A DNA stretch of 64,000 nt from assembly GCA_947447995.1 (NCBI GenBank), contig CANFLQ010000001.1, positions 25,372-89,371 on the forward strand. Direction: 5' to 3'. Below, piece after piece: positions 28,101 to 35,930 of this stretch. The stretch comes from Bacteroidota bacterium. Lineage in GTDB: Bacteria; Bacteroidota; Bacteroidia; 2-12-FULL-35-15. A program made the translations under genes and the position numbers. The first letter of the stretch is position 1, and the number at the start of each line of letters is the position of its first letter. Under the pieces are notes generated by a model that worked only from the letters and a program-made list of their open reading frames with translations, was not told the DNA's origin and searched no databases.

Positions 28101-30610
28101 ATCGATTTTGTTGATTTACAACCTTTAGAATCAGTAACTGTTAATGAAAATGTACCCGCTTGTATACCCGACAAATTAGGTGAAGTTTCACCTGAACTCC
28201 AGTTATATGAATAAATTGGTGTTCCACCTGAAACAAGGGATGTTACAGTTCCATTACTTGCGTTAAAACAACTTAAATTAGTTGACGAAAGGGCTAAATT
28301 AAGTTGTGCTGATTCCGAAATTGTATTTATTTTTTGTATACTACACCCATTGGCGTCGGTAATTGTAACAGAATATGTACCTGCTCCACCCGTTATTGAA
28401 ACTGTTGTTTGATTCCCTGGTAACCATAAATAAGTATACGGGGGTGTTCCATTTGATGCAGTCATAGCAATTGAACCATCACTTCCACCAAAGCAACTAA
28501 CATTTTTAATTGATTGATTAGCCTTTAGTTGAGTAGGCTCAGTAATATTTACAGATGTTTGAGAGGAGCAACCTATATTATCTGTAATTGTTACAGAATA
28601 TGTTGCAGGTGTTAAATTATTTATTGTTGCTGTAGTATTTGAATTACTCCAAAAATAAGAGTAGGGAGCTGAACCTCCTGTATTACTATAAGTTGCAGAA
28701 CCATTGTTAGCACCATAACAACTAACATTTATTGGCACAATTGAAGATGTTCCTAAAAATCCTTTAAAATTAATTCTTTCTACATCCGTTCCTGTCGGGC
28801 AGCTACCGCTACCAGTAGTTGTTAATGTAAGATCCACAAAACCTGCTGCAATTTCTGCTACAGTTGGTGTATATTGTGCATTAAGAGTTGTATTGTATGG
28901 GCTATATGTTCCTGCCCCACCAGTCCAAATACCTGTACTAGGACCAAATACAGCCCCATTCAAAGTAGTTGTAGGATGCTGGCTACAAATTATCTGATCT
29001 GTTCCAGCATTAGCTGAAACAGGAACTGTATATGAAATAACCGTTACAGTTGCAAAAACAGGGGCACAATTTACTGCATCAGTAACTTTTACAGTATATA
29101 CACCTTGTCCAACACTAACCGTTTTAGTTGCAATTGAATTATTCCATAAATATTTATAAGGAGGCTTACCGCCTGTGGGGTTTGCTGTAATTGTTGTTGA
29201 AGTTGTACCAAAACAAATAACAGGGTCGGGAGAAGTAATAGTAACCGCAAGTGGATCACTACAAGTTACAATATTAAATTGAAAATCTCGAAGAGTTTCA
29301 TCTAAATAAACACCATTACGATACTCTTTTACTCTTATTCCTACAACATATTGACCCAATGTTGGAGGTATCCCTGTTAATAAACCTGTTGAACTGATAT
29401 TTAAACCCAATCCACCTAATGGATTATTAGTTGAATACCCAGGCAAAAAATTTACAGGAGTAAAAGTTGCAACATTGCCCGAAAAAGTTGGAGCAACATA
29501 ACTACCTGTTGCTGAACTACCTGTGTAACCATTGTATGGATTATACAAATCATAAACTAAAGAATCACCATCAATATCTATAGCTGAGTGATCAAAATTT
29601 AAGTTTTGTCCCAAACAAATAAATAACGGTGGAAAAAAGGTAAAAGTAGGATTGCTATTATCAGTATGTACATTTTCATACATCATAACATTATTTATAT
29701 TATAAATCTCCGAATTTGGAGAGTTTGCATCAAAATGTATTTTAACAATTACTTGCAAGGTATTTCCTACCAATGTAGAATTACTAGCAATAGCGGCACC
29801 AAAATCATCAACAATCACTCCGTTTGTTGAAAACAGAGTTAAAGATCCTCCATTCAAGCGATAATATATCATTATAGAATCTTTCGAATCTAATGTTCCT
29901 AATTCGGATAGACTTACCGACAAATTTACTCCCCCAGAAGACGCTGAAATATTTACAACATCAGTAGTCCAGGTTTGTTGCGCATTATTTGCCCCTTTTA
30001 TTTCAAAAGCATTGTTAGTAATTTTAGCACTACTTGGCGGTGTTGCCCCAGCTGCTATAGACCAAGCTGTTGATCCATTATCAACTGTCACCCCGTTAGC
30101 AAGAACAAAATCTTCTCCCCAAATAACTCTATTTCCAGGTATATGAGCATAAAAACTTTCTGCAATATTATTACCAGTAGCATTTACATTGGTTAAACTA
30201 AAATTTCTTGCACTGTATTGAAAATATAAATGATAACCTCCTGCATTTGGAGGAAGATTATTTATTGTTTTTGTATAAATTGCTTGTTCTACACAAGGCA
30301 TAGGTGTTGGAGGAGTTGAACATGCGGGTAAACCTGATGGAACTGGAGTAGGAGGATTCATTGTCATTGAAAAATCTTTAGTTGGAGAAAATAGTGCTCC
30401 ATCATAACCTAAAACAGTAATATTTACAGTGCCAGGGAAACTTAGATTAGTTGCTTTACTACAATCCCGAAAAAGTTTTAGAGTTACAGTATAACTAGAA
30501 CCACCATTATGAACATACGTTAATGTACCTCCAACTATATGAGTGGCATTAGCCACATAATGAAGAAACAAAAAAACAATAAGTAAAAATATATGTAGCG
30601 CTCGCTTCAT
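22193..30610 (-). CDS. Giant cell-surface adhesin (2805 aa) with SprB-type repeats, two PKD domains and a T9SS type-B C-terminal sorting domain
   Basis: Signal peptide, N-terminal HIVGGTLTY module, about 23-24 modules of NVSCxGGxNGxxxxxxxGGTxPYxYxWxP...AGTYxVTVTDxNGC, two WNFGDG PKD domains, and a C-terminus FPNVFSPN...EIFNRWGELIFE...GWDGYYRG...GDITLLR (CHU_C / type-B CTD pattern). Confidence 0.95.
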   Translation of the reverse strand: MKRALHIFLLIVFLFLHYVANATHIVGGTLTYVHNGGSSYTVTLKLFRDCSKATNLSFPGTVNITVLGYDGALFSPTKDFSMTMNPPTPVPSGLPACSTPPTPMPCVEQAIYTKTINNLPPNAGGYHLYFQYSARNFSLTNVNATGNNIAESFYAHIPGNRVIWGEDFVLANGVTVDNGSTAWSIAAGATPPSSAKITNNAFEIKGANNAQQTWTTDVVNISASSGGVNLSVSLSELGTLDSKDSIMIYYRLNGGSLTLFSTNGVIVDDFGAAIASNSTLVGNTLQVIVKIHFDANSPNSEIYNINNVMMYENVHTDNSNPTFTFFPPLFICLGQNLNFDHSAIDIDGDSLVYDLYNPYNGYTGSSATGSYVAPTFSGNVATFTPVNFLPGYSTNNPLGGLGLNISSTGLLTGIPPTLGQYVVGIRVKEYRNGVYLDETLRDFQFNIVTCSDPLAVTITSPDPVICFGTTSTTITANPTGGKPPYKYLWNNSIATKTVSVGQGVYTVKVTDAVNCAPVFATVTVISYTVPVSANAGTDQIICSQHPTTTLNGAVFGPSTGIWTGGAGTYSPYNTTLNAQYTPTVAEIAAGFVDLTLTTTGSGSCPTGTDVERINFKGFLGTSSIVPINVSCYGANNGSATYSNTGGSAPYSYFWSNSNTTATINNLTPATYSVTITDNIGCSSQTSVNITEPTQLKANQSIKNVSCFGGSDGSIAMTASNGTPPYTYLWLPGNQTTVSITGGAGTYSVTITDANGCSIQKINTISESAQLNLALSSTNLSCFNASNGTVTSLVSGGTPIYSYNWSSGETSPNLSGIQAGTFSLTVTDSKGCKSTKSILITQPTVLNASTSSTNISCNGLADGSVTAITSGGLAGYTYLWKPGLATSATVTNLIAGTYTLYVTDANSCLATAFSTIVEPAVLSVGFVSQTNINCFSGNNGSVTANTSGGTPKYSYVWLPGGQTSNIISNITAGTYSVTTTDTRGCKAKGAIIITEPALFSLTTSKTDETCNYLDNGIATAIPFGGVAGYTFLWQPGALTTNSINNLSNGTYSVYATDAKGCIANSTAVILEPGLLGVIFSSKTNVSCYGGNNGALTASSVGGTAGYSYLWQPGGATTATINNLTAGTYTVTVTDINGCIAINSITITEPVLLTTKVSSVNETCDYSNNGSVNIVPSGGTAPYNYLWQPGMQNTSSITNLSAGTYSVTITDSKGCTSNSIAIINEPPKLTINFSGQINVSCFGGNNGAVSSSIFGGTPNYSYLWSTGSATTNSISGLTSGTYSLTIIDSKNCTAQNSITITQPIAPISVSVLTTNVSCFGEYTGAANASVSGGTFPYTYFWLSGGGTTQIISPLAAGTYSVAIRDANGCKALASNNITQPSQIILTTTSVNSDCGQSNGLASVVLASGGNAPYSYKWFPSGNTNTTATGLLAGTYSLAVTDNGGCIASTQVDVSENTAPVITITSVNNVSCHGGNDGAVTIGLSGGLAPYTYSWVPYGGNSSTATGLVAGAYTASVIDANGCKASITTNSNVLEPPLISVSVSTSNVSCFAGNDGSASVFAIGGTPGYIYKWLPSGTIGSNITNLSSALYSVEVKDAKNCIKVQSFSIMQPTSPLSVNVSFDSVSCFGGSDGSVSALASGGTANYSYSWMPGNYSGPIVSNLSYGTYTVTVVDAEQCSVTNTITVNQPNLITLSTGSSNSYCSLPNGTATVVALGGTGAYKYLWSPFGGTNLTATGLLSGSYTITVTDKNFCTLTNSVTINDQPGPTALISSKTDVSCFGGNDGNATATSSSGTGSFIYLWSPSGGSNLSANGLTAGTYTFSVTDANGCKSFTQGLVINQSTIIAPVISKTMVSCFGLSNGAATVNSSGGTPNYTYLWLPSGTTGTSITNLSAATYTLQVSDANNCSRLFPFTITQPNLLTANITPVKNVSCYQGSNGEASVVVSGGVPVYSYQWLPIGGNSDMAAGLLANTYTVLVTDINNCSTSATVNITQPLTPLSATGVDGITSCFGSADGIATINPVGGTANYSYAWSPIASTAKSVTGLSAQQYFILVTDNNGCKTNTSVMVSEPTPIIGNLLFVSQSCELPNGSITSQISGGNPPYTYLWSPGSTTNSKLTSVGSGTYTLQITDSHNCTLLLTQQLVDIPKSTVIVSSIDSVSCYGGNDGSATISITKGLPPYTINWLPFGGNNLTATFLNSGTYTVNVSDSLGCISIVNATVLEPLALGISVVSQKNILCNGDSSGSITVSPTGGTFPYSYLWLPTGESISAITNLIAGTYTVNVTDYNSCVQKISIDITQPAVLLSSISSKTNPLCYGLKGKASVIATGGTIPYKYSWSNDSLLSGSVENLYTGSYTITVTDTHACQTKSSVKLTEPSQVITIAGLDDSVCVGQTAKLTAVAKGGVGNYYYAWQPTGVINAGILNIVPTGDTTYIVVGYDKTGCPGTADTVSAHAYFLSSGSIDAMAISPICKGRSSVISAKALAGAGPLTYQWDNGLGSGSGEFIVTPLQPTTYVVTAYSAVCNTYAVDSVDITFNPQPILSIGSDTNVLCVPGSLQFFDKSVIGNVFDPIISWNWNFGDGTFSSEQNPKHTFNREGTYFINLTIGTVGGCSSNNATASYTIEAHSYPTADFKVNTPVLNIPVEKLKPSNNTVGASIYNWNFGDGGTSTDYNPVHDYRSVGIFNIQLIATSKYSCSDTAYGQITTNTDFSFPNVFSPNTKGPNGGIYDPNDFSNDVFFPFTSGVLKYKLEIFNRWGELIFESNDINIGWDGYYRGQLCQQDVYIWKAYLKLNNGKEFNKTGDITLLR
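23480..28735 (-). repeat. Array of about 23 tandem ~76-codon SprB-type modules inside the adhesin gene
   Basis: I counted 23 consecutive modules in the translation, each starting N(V/I/L)SC(F/Y)G and ending (I/V)T(Q/E)P. The DNA copies are diverged, not identical. Confidence 0.85.
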
Positions 30611-30812
30611 ATTTCTGATTTAATAAAAATAAAAATCAACACTGCCTCGTCCTACGCAAAACAGTACTAATAAGTTTCTTTTTAATTAATATTGAATTTA
30701 ATAGGTATTTAATCTGGCAATTTATTTCCCTTTTAATCTTTTCATTGATAATAAAAAATGTAATGTATATACAATTTGAGTAAAATAAAAATATAGATGA
30801 ATTAAGAGTTAA

Positions 30813-32897
30813 TTATTTACTGATAATCATAAACTCTGTTCTTCTATTTTTTGCTCTACCCAACTCGGTATAATTATCGAAAATAGGTTTTGTTGCTCCC
30901 CAACCTTTAAAACCAATTAGCTGTAATTTATTTACCCCCTTAGCAATTAACATTTCACGAACAGAAAAAGCTCTGTCAGTTGAAAGCGTGGCATTTGCCT
31001 GATCATTACCTACATTATCGGTATGTCCCCAAACTTCAATTTTAATTTTAGGATTAGATTTTAAGTATTCTGAGAATTCTTCGATTACGGCAATGGATTG
31101 TTGCTCCAAATCAGCTGAATTAGTTTTGTAATAAATATTATTAAGCGTATAACCTTGTCCTACTTTAATGGTATCAACCACAATATTTACTTTCACGGGT
31201 TTAGAATTTTTTATAGAATCTTTTAAAACCAATTGAGAACTAAATGCGTAATTATCTTTTTTAGCTGTAATTACTAAATCATTTTTTATTTTTGTATTTA
31301 CAACCACGGTGTATTCTCCTGATGTTGTATCCACAACGGCCTCTGTAATCTTTTTTGTAACTGCATCTTTTACTTCCACAGTAAAATTTTTATCGGTACC
31401 ATTACTTTTATCTTCAATCTTTCCTGTAAAAAAGGCTACATCATCTGGTCGGGCATCTTTATAAAGTTCAAATGAATAAATATCGTATTTACCAACGCTT
31501 TTACCTTTTACGCGCGAAGGCAAATTAGATGCAAAATACCCTAAATGCCCATCGGTACTCACAAAAAAACCAAGATCGTCGCCAGAGGTATTGATTGGGA
31601 TACCAATATTTTTAGGGGTAGTCCAATTTCCTATACTATCCTTACGGGCATAAAATATATCCATCCCTCCTACTCCAGGATGTCCGTCAGAAGAAAAATA
31701 AATACTTTGAAAATCGGAATGAACAAAAGGTGACATTTCATTACCTGCTGTATTTATAACCCGCCCCAAGTTTTCGGGCTTACTCCAAATCCCTGTTTTT
31801 ATATCTTTTACTGTTTTAAATATATCGGTACCTCCGTAGCTGCCTTTTCGATCACTAGTAAAGTAAAGCGTTTTACCATCGGATGCCAAAGATGGTTGAG
31901 AATCCCAATAAATGGGATCATTAATACCTTCCACTTTTTTAGGATCAGTCCATTCACCATTAATGAAATCAGAAAAATAAATATCACAATTAACCTGAGC
32001 TCCTCCCTCATCATTGCACATGGTAAAAAATAGATGTTTGTTATTAATGGACATGGTTGCACCACCTTCCGCACCTTTTTTGTTAAATGGATAAGGCATA
32101 CGTTTTCCTTTATCAAAAACACCTGTTTCTTTATTGCGTTTGCTATAACTAAATAATTCAATTTCTTTGTCGCTTGCGTAAGGTGAATCCTTATTTACTG
32201 AAGGTTGTTTACGTGTAAATAATATCATTTCATCGTCTGCTGTTATAATGGGTAAATACTCATCTTTTTCGGTACAAATACCTGCTACTGGATTGGGATC
32301 AAAAGGTACAGGATTTTTATAAATTTCGTTAAAAAACTTAGCGAACTTCAACATTTTTTTTGCCTGAGATAAAAGCGCATCGTAATTTTTATTGAACTTT
32401 TTTTCATCATCATCCTTAAAATTTAAATACTGTTTTAGATACTTTTCAGCGTCTTCCCAATTTTGATCTTCATAATAAATGAAACCAAGATAATAATAGG
32501 GGTCTGAATGATATCTAGGACAAAGTTCTATTACCTTTTTATAATATTCTTCAACGGGTTTAAACGAAGCATTTTCATAAATTAGCGTTTTTATACGCTC
32601 ATCAGCATACGCAAAATTTGCTTCTACATAATCTGGTTCCAACTCAATTGCTTTTTTAAGAAAAACCATACGTTCTTCTTTTTTATTTTTTTTATCGAGG
32701 CCTGCTTCGTAAGCTTTTTTTGCTTTTTTGTTATCTATCTCAGGGCAAGTATTATCATCTTGAGCGACAGCCGAAAAAACAATGGAAGTAAATAATAAAA
32801 ATGATGCCCCAACCCTACTAAAGGTAGATGATGATACATTAACTCTCCTTAGGCTTTTGGCAATATTGCCCAATAATAAAGTAATCTTGTATTGCAT
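30813..32897 (-). CDS. OmpA-family peptidoglycan-associated protein with TPR and PD40 (TolB-like beta-propeller) repeats
   Basis: 694 aa. TPR-like N-terminal part, repeated PD40 motifs (EMSPFVHSDFQSIYFSSD, DSQPSLASDGKTLYFTSDR), and a C-terminal OmpA_C (GHTDNVGNDQANATLSTDRAFSV...NRRTEF). Confidence 0.85.
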   Translation of the reverse strand: MQYKITLLLGNIAKSLRRVNVSSSTFSRVGASFLLFTSIVFSAVAQDDNTCPEIDNKKAKKAYEAGLDKKNKKEERMVFLKKAIELEPDYVEANFAYADERIKTLIYENASFKPVEEYYKKVIELCPRYHSDPYYYLGFIYYEDQNWEDAEKYLKQYLNFKDDDEKKFNKNYDALLSQAKKMLKFAKFFNEIYKNPVPFDPNPVAGICTEKDEYLPIITADDEMILFTRKQPSVNKDSPYASDKEIELFSYSKRNKETGVFDKGKRMPYPFNKKGAEGGATMSINNKHLFFTMCNDEGGAQVNCDIYFSDFINGEWTDPKKVEGINDPIYWDSQPSLASDGKTLYFTSDRKGSYGGTDIFKTVKDIKTGIWSKPENLGRVINTAGNEMSPFVHSDFQSIYFSSDGHPGVGGMDIFYARKDSIGNWTTPKNIGIPINTSGDDLGFFVSTDGHLGYFASNLPSRVKGKSVGKYDIYSFELYKDARPDDVAFFTGKIEDKSNGTDKNFTVEVKDAVTKKITEAVVDTTSGEYTVVVNTKIKNDLVITAKKDNYAFSSQLVLKDSIKNSKPVKVNIVVDTIKVGQGYTLNNIYYKTNSADLEQQSIAVIEEFSEYLKSNPKIKIEVWGHTDNVGNDQANATLSTDRAFSVREMLIAKGVNKLQLIGFKGWGATKPIFDNYTELGRAKNRRTEFMIISK

Positions 32898-32936
32898 TGA
32901 AATAATATTGAATATTAGTAAATATTTAGCTCCCCT

Positions 32937-35756
32937 TTAGGGGTGGGGGCTTAATTTTTTATCCGACTCCTCTTTTGCATTTGTTAAAACCGCATCTGCT
33001 TTTTTATTAGCATCCTCCAACATTTTTGCTACCTGATTATCTACTTGTTTTTTAGCAGCAGGAGCAGCCGCTTTAGCAGCTATTTTCGCTATAGGATTAC
33101 TTGTTCCCGAAACAGTTTGATCAACAACAGCATAACCTTCAGACCTTGTTTTATCAGCTAAAGCTTGAGCTTCCGCTTTTATTTTAGCTACTTGTACCTG
33201 AGCGTCGTTCATTATTTTATCTGCTTCGGCCCTAGCTTTTTCTTTGGCCATATCAACACCTTTAGTAAATACCTCTTTTACTTTTTCTTTAACATCTTCT
33301 TTGCTTTGAATATTAAACAGATCCATTTTAATTGTAGGTTTCATAACAGTTCCACCAAATAGTGCTTTCACTTTTACTTTATCAGAAAGTTTAACATTTG
33401 TTCCTGCTTGTTTGTTCAACTGATCCAAAACACCGCCCACAGCAGCATTTGCCTGAGAGCCAAATTCTTCCCTTGGTATCTCTACTATCCACGTGTAGTC
33501 AATTGATTGATCAAAGCCGGTTGACCCTTTTACTGTACCAGCTATGTTACCTGATTTTATTGGCATTTCTTCAACTTCTACTCTGCCATCTTTAAATTTG
33601 AATGTAGCATTTATATTTTCAAAAGCTAACCGTTTGTATTTTGATTGTTTTAATGCTTCTGCTAACTTATTTACAGGTTCAAAACCTTCAACAACAATAC
33701 TTTTTGTAATTAATTTACCCGCCCCAGAAAGAGTTTTTAAATCAGGCTCCATATTGGAATTCAAAAGTGTTTTAAATGCCAACTTAGTCCCAAATACCCC
33801 TTTGGTATATTTAGCAATGGGGGCCAATTTTTGAACAGTATTAAATGTTTTTATTGTTTTTGAAATATCGAAATTTTCAACATCAATATCAAAATCTACA
33901 GCAGGTTTTCTAACATTTTGAGTATTATAAACACCGCTCAATAATAATGAACCTCCCAAATTTTTTAAATCCATTTTAAGTTTGTCCATTTCCAATTTAC
34001 TATCTTTTATTTTCACACTTCCAGATATATCGGTCATACTCAAATTATCATACAACATTTTACCAATTGTTGCATTTAATACTACATCCAAGTTAGAAGG
34101 AACTTCTACTACACTCATTATCGATTTAGAAGTATCGGTTGCTGGTTTAGCTGTGTTAGTATCGGTTGCCATCAATTCATTTAAGTCCAATAAAGATGAT
34201 TTAAGATTAAATTCGCCTTTCAGCAATTCATTTTTTAACGCATACTGCAAAAAGTTTTCGATTTTACCATTTAGTTCCAAATCACTTTTGCCTATTTTTG
34301 CATCTAACTGAGTTAATTCAACAAATTGTGGTGTAAAGTTCATTATCAACTTTTTAATTTTAGTTGGAAAACTGATTGATTTGGATACGTAATTCATATC
34401 CGTAATATTAAGTGTTCCGCGGGCATCAAATTTTTCGTATTGTTTTTTTTCTATTGCCGACATTCTGCCCGCCATTGTAATATCTGCATCTATCAATCCA
34501 TTAAGCGCATCCCCTTTTTCGAGCGGAATGACATCTTTTACACTTGCTAAATTAATTTTTGCTTTTACTGCCCCTTTTATATTTGCATCCGAAACGGGTG
34601 TAGATACGTGCATTCTCATATCTACTGGATTACCTGCCATTTCAATATGGAATTTATTTAAGTCGATAATGGTTGCATCTGGCTGACCAGTTTTGTTATC
34701 CACTACCAAATCCATATAAATATTTTTAACAGCTTTAGGTAATGCTGGATATTGAAAATAAGCATCTTTAACAAGCAACTTCACACCAAACGCCGGCATT
34801 TTTTTATCATTGTAAATACCTTTTGCATAGCCATCTAAAGCCAATGAACCACTTGTTTTTACATCTTTAAAATCAGCAGTATACACACCTGGGATTAGTG
34901 ATAAAATAGTTGAGAATGCTGTTTGATTGGCCTTAAATTTTAAGTCCAAATTCATATCATTTTTAGGCATGGCAAAATATCCATCCAAACCAAGAGTAAG
35001 CTCATTGAGTGAAAACTCATTGTTTTTAAATGTAAATTTAAAATTTGGCATATCGGCCTCTAAATTCGCTTTTATGCGGGTTTTCACTTTGTTCAAATAA
35101 GCTACACCGCTGTAATTTACCGAAAATTTCTCAATTTCGGTAAGTGTTTCCAACACAAAATTATCGGATGTAAAATCACCACTCAAGGTATGATCCATAT
35201 TTACCAACTCTGTTTTAACGCCTAAACTTGCATCATCGTAAAGAATATAGCCTTTTATAATTTCAAACTTTTTTAATGTCATTTTAAAAGGTGTTGCGGC
35301 TGTTTCAGGAGCTTTAGCCTTATCGGCAGAGGGTTTGGTTATGTCCCAATTTGCTTTGCCATTTTTTAAAACAAAAACCTTAATTCTAGGCTGATTTATG
35401 GAGATCGTATTTATTTTATATTGCTCCCCTTTTATCACACTCATCAAGTTAAGTCCGATAGTTAATTTTTTAGCATATAATAAAGTATCGCCTTCAAATT
35501 CCCCTATATTGGCAATACTAACGTCGTCCACCGAAAGTGTAAAATCAGGAAAAGAACTAATTAACGTTAAACCAAAATCTCCAAAATTTACTTTTGCATT
35601 CAATTGTTCGTTGGCTGTATCCTTTACCATTTGAACTATCTTATCCTTAAAAATAAAAGGAGCTGCTATTGCAATAACTAAAAGCAAAAGGAATGTTATC
35701 CCTGACCATTTTAGGAGTTTACTGAACATACTTTTTTTAGGTTTTTCTGATGTCAT
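32937..35756 (-). CDS. AsmA-family outer-membrane biogenesis protein
   Basis: 939 aa. One N-terminal TM anchor, then a long beta-rich region beginning LNAKVNFGDFGLTLISSFPDFTLSVDDVSI and GKANWDI, typical of AsmA-like proteins. The tail is coiled-coil and Ala/Lys-rich. Confidence 0.8.
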   Translation of the reverse strand: MTSEKPKKSMFSKLLKWSGITFLLLLVIAIAAPFIFKDKIVQMVKDTANEQLNAKVNFGDFGLTLISSFPDFTLSVDDVSIANIGEFEGDTLLYAKKLTIGLNLMSVIKGEQYKINTISINQPRIKVFVLKNGKANWDITKPSADKAKAPETAATPFKMTLKKFEIIKGYILYDDASLGVKTELVNMDHTLSGDFTSDNFVLETLTEIEKFSVNYSGVAYLNKVKTRIKANLEADMPNFKFTFKNNEFSLNELTLGLDGYFAMPKNDMNLDLKFKANQTAFSTILSLIPGVYTADFKDVKTSGSLALDGYAKGIYNDKKMPAFGVKLLVKDAYFQYPALPKAVKNIYMDLVVDNKTGQPDATIIDLNKFHIEMAGNPVDMRMHVSTPVSDANIKGAVKAKINLASVKDVIPLEKGDALNGLIDADITMAGRMSAIEKKQYEKFDARGTLNITDMNYVSKSISFPTKIKKLIMNFTPQFVELTQLDAKIGKSDLELNGKIENFLQYALKNELLKGEFNLKSSLLDLNELMATDTNTAKPATDTSKSIMSVVEVPSNLDVVLNATIGKMLYDNLSMTDISGSVKIKDSKLEMDKLKMDLKNLGGSLLLSGVYNTQNVRKPAVDFDIDVENFDISKTIKTFNTVQKLAPIAKYTKGVFGTKLAFKTLLNSNMEPDLKTLSGAGKLITKSIVVEGFEPVNKLAEALKQSKYKRLAFENINATFKFKDGRVEVEEMPIKSGNIAGTVKGSTGFDQSIDYTWIVEIPREEFGSQANAAVGGVLDQLNKQAGTNVKLSDKVKVKALFGGTVMKPTIKMDLFNIQSKEDVKEKVKEVFTKGVDMAKEKARAEADKIMNDAQVQVAKIKAEAQALADKTRSEGYAVVDQTVSGTSNPIAKIAAKAAAPAAKKQVDNQVAKMLEDANKKADAVLTNAKEESDKKLSPHP

Positions 35757-35798
35757 AATTGTTTTATTTAAAATTTATATGATATGCATTAAAAAACA

Positions 35799-35919
35799 AC
35801 CACTAAGGAACAGAGAACACGGAGGATCACTTAGTTTAGTGGGGGATTAATTAGTAGTTTCTCAATGTATCTTTTTATTCCTTCTTAGTGGTTCTTAGTG
35901 TTCTATGTGCCTTAGTGGT
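35799..35919. repeat. Inverted-repeat element (22-bp arms, 20/22 match) in the aroC-asmA intergenic region
   Basis: ACCACTAAGGAACAGAGAACAC (35799-35820) matches the reverse complement of GTGTTCTATGTGCCTTAGTGGT (35898-35919). There are internal CTTAGTG/CACTAAG iterations. On the minus strand the hairpin is followed by TTGTTTTTT. Confidence 0.65.
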
Positions 35920-35930
35920 ATATTTTTCGA

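Noticed and set aside
23480-28735. Regularly spaced repeats considered as a possible CRISPR array or other non-coding array
   Set aside because: The period is ~228 nt, the copies are diverged, and the whole region is one uninterrupted ORF encoding protein modules. There are no short identical repeats with unique spacers and no cas genes.
31808-32161. 117-aa same-strand, alternative-frame ORF inside the ompA/TPR/PD40 gene, and similar nested ORFs at 21302-21514, 9113-9304 and 25579-25764
   Set aside because: They are out-of-frame ORFs embedded in longer genes with clear domain content, and nothing supports overlapping coding.
33165-35634. Multiple 65-109-aa plus-strand ORFs inside the asmA-like gene
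   Set aside because: All are nested antisense in a 939-aa ORF with family-typical features and have low-complexity translations.
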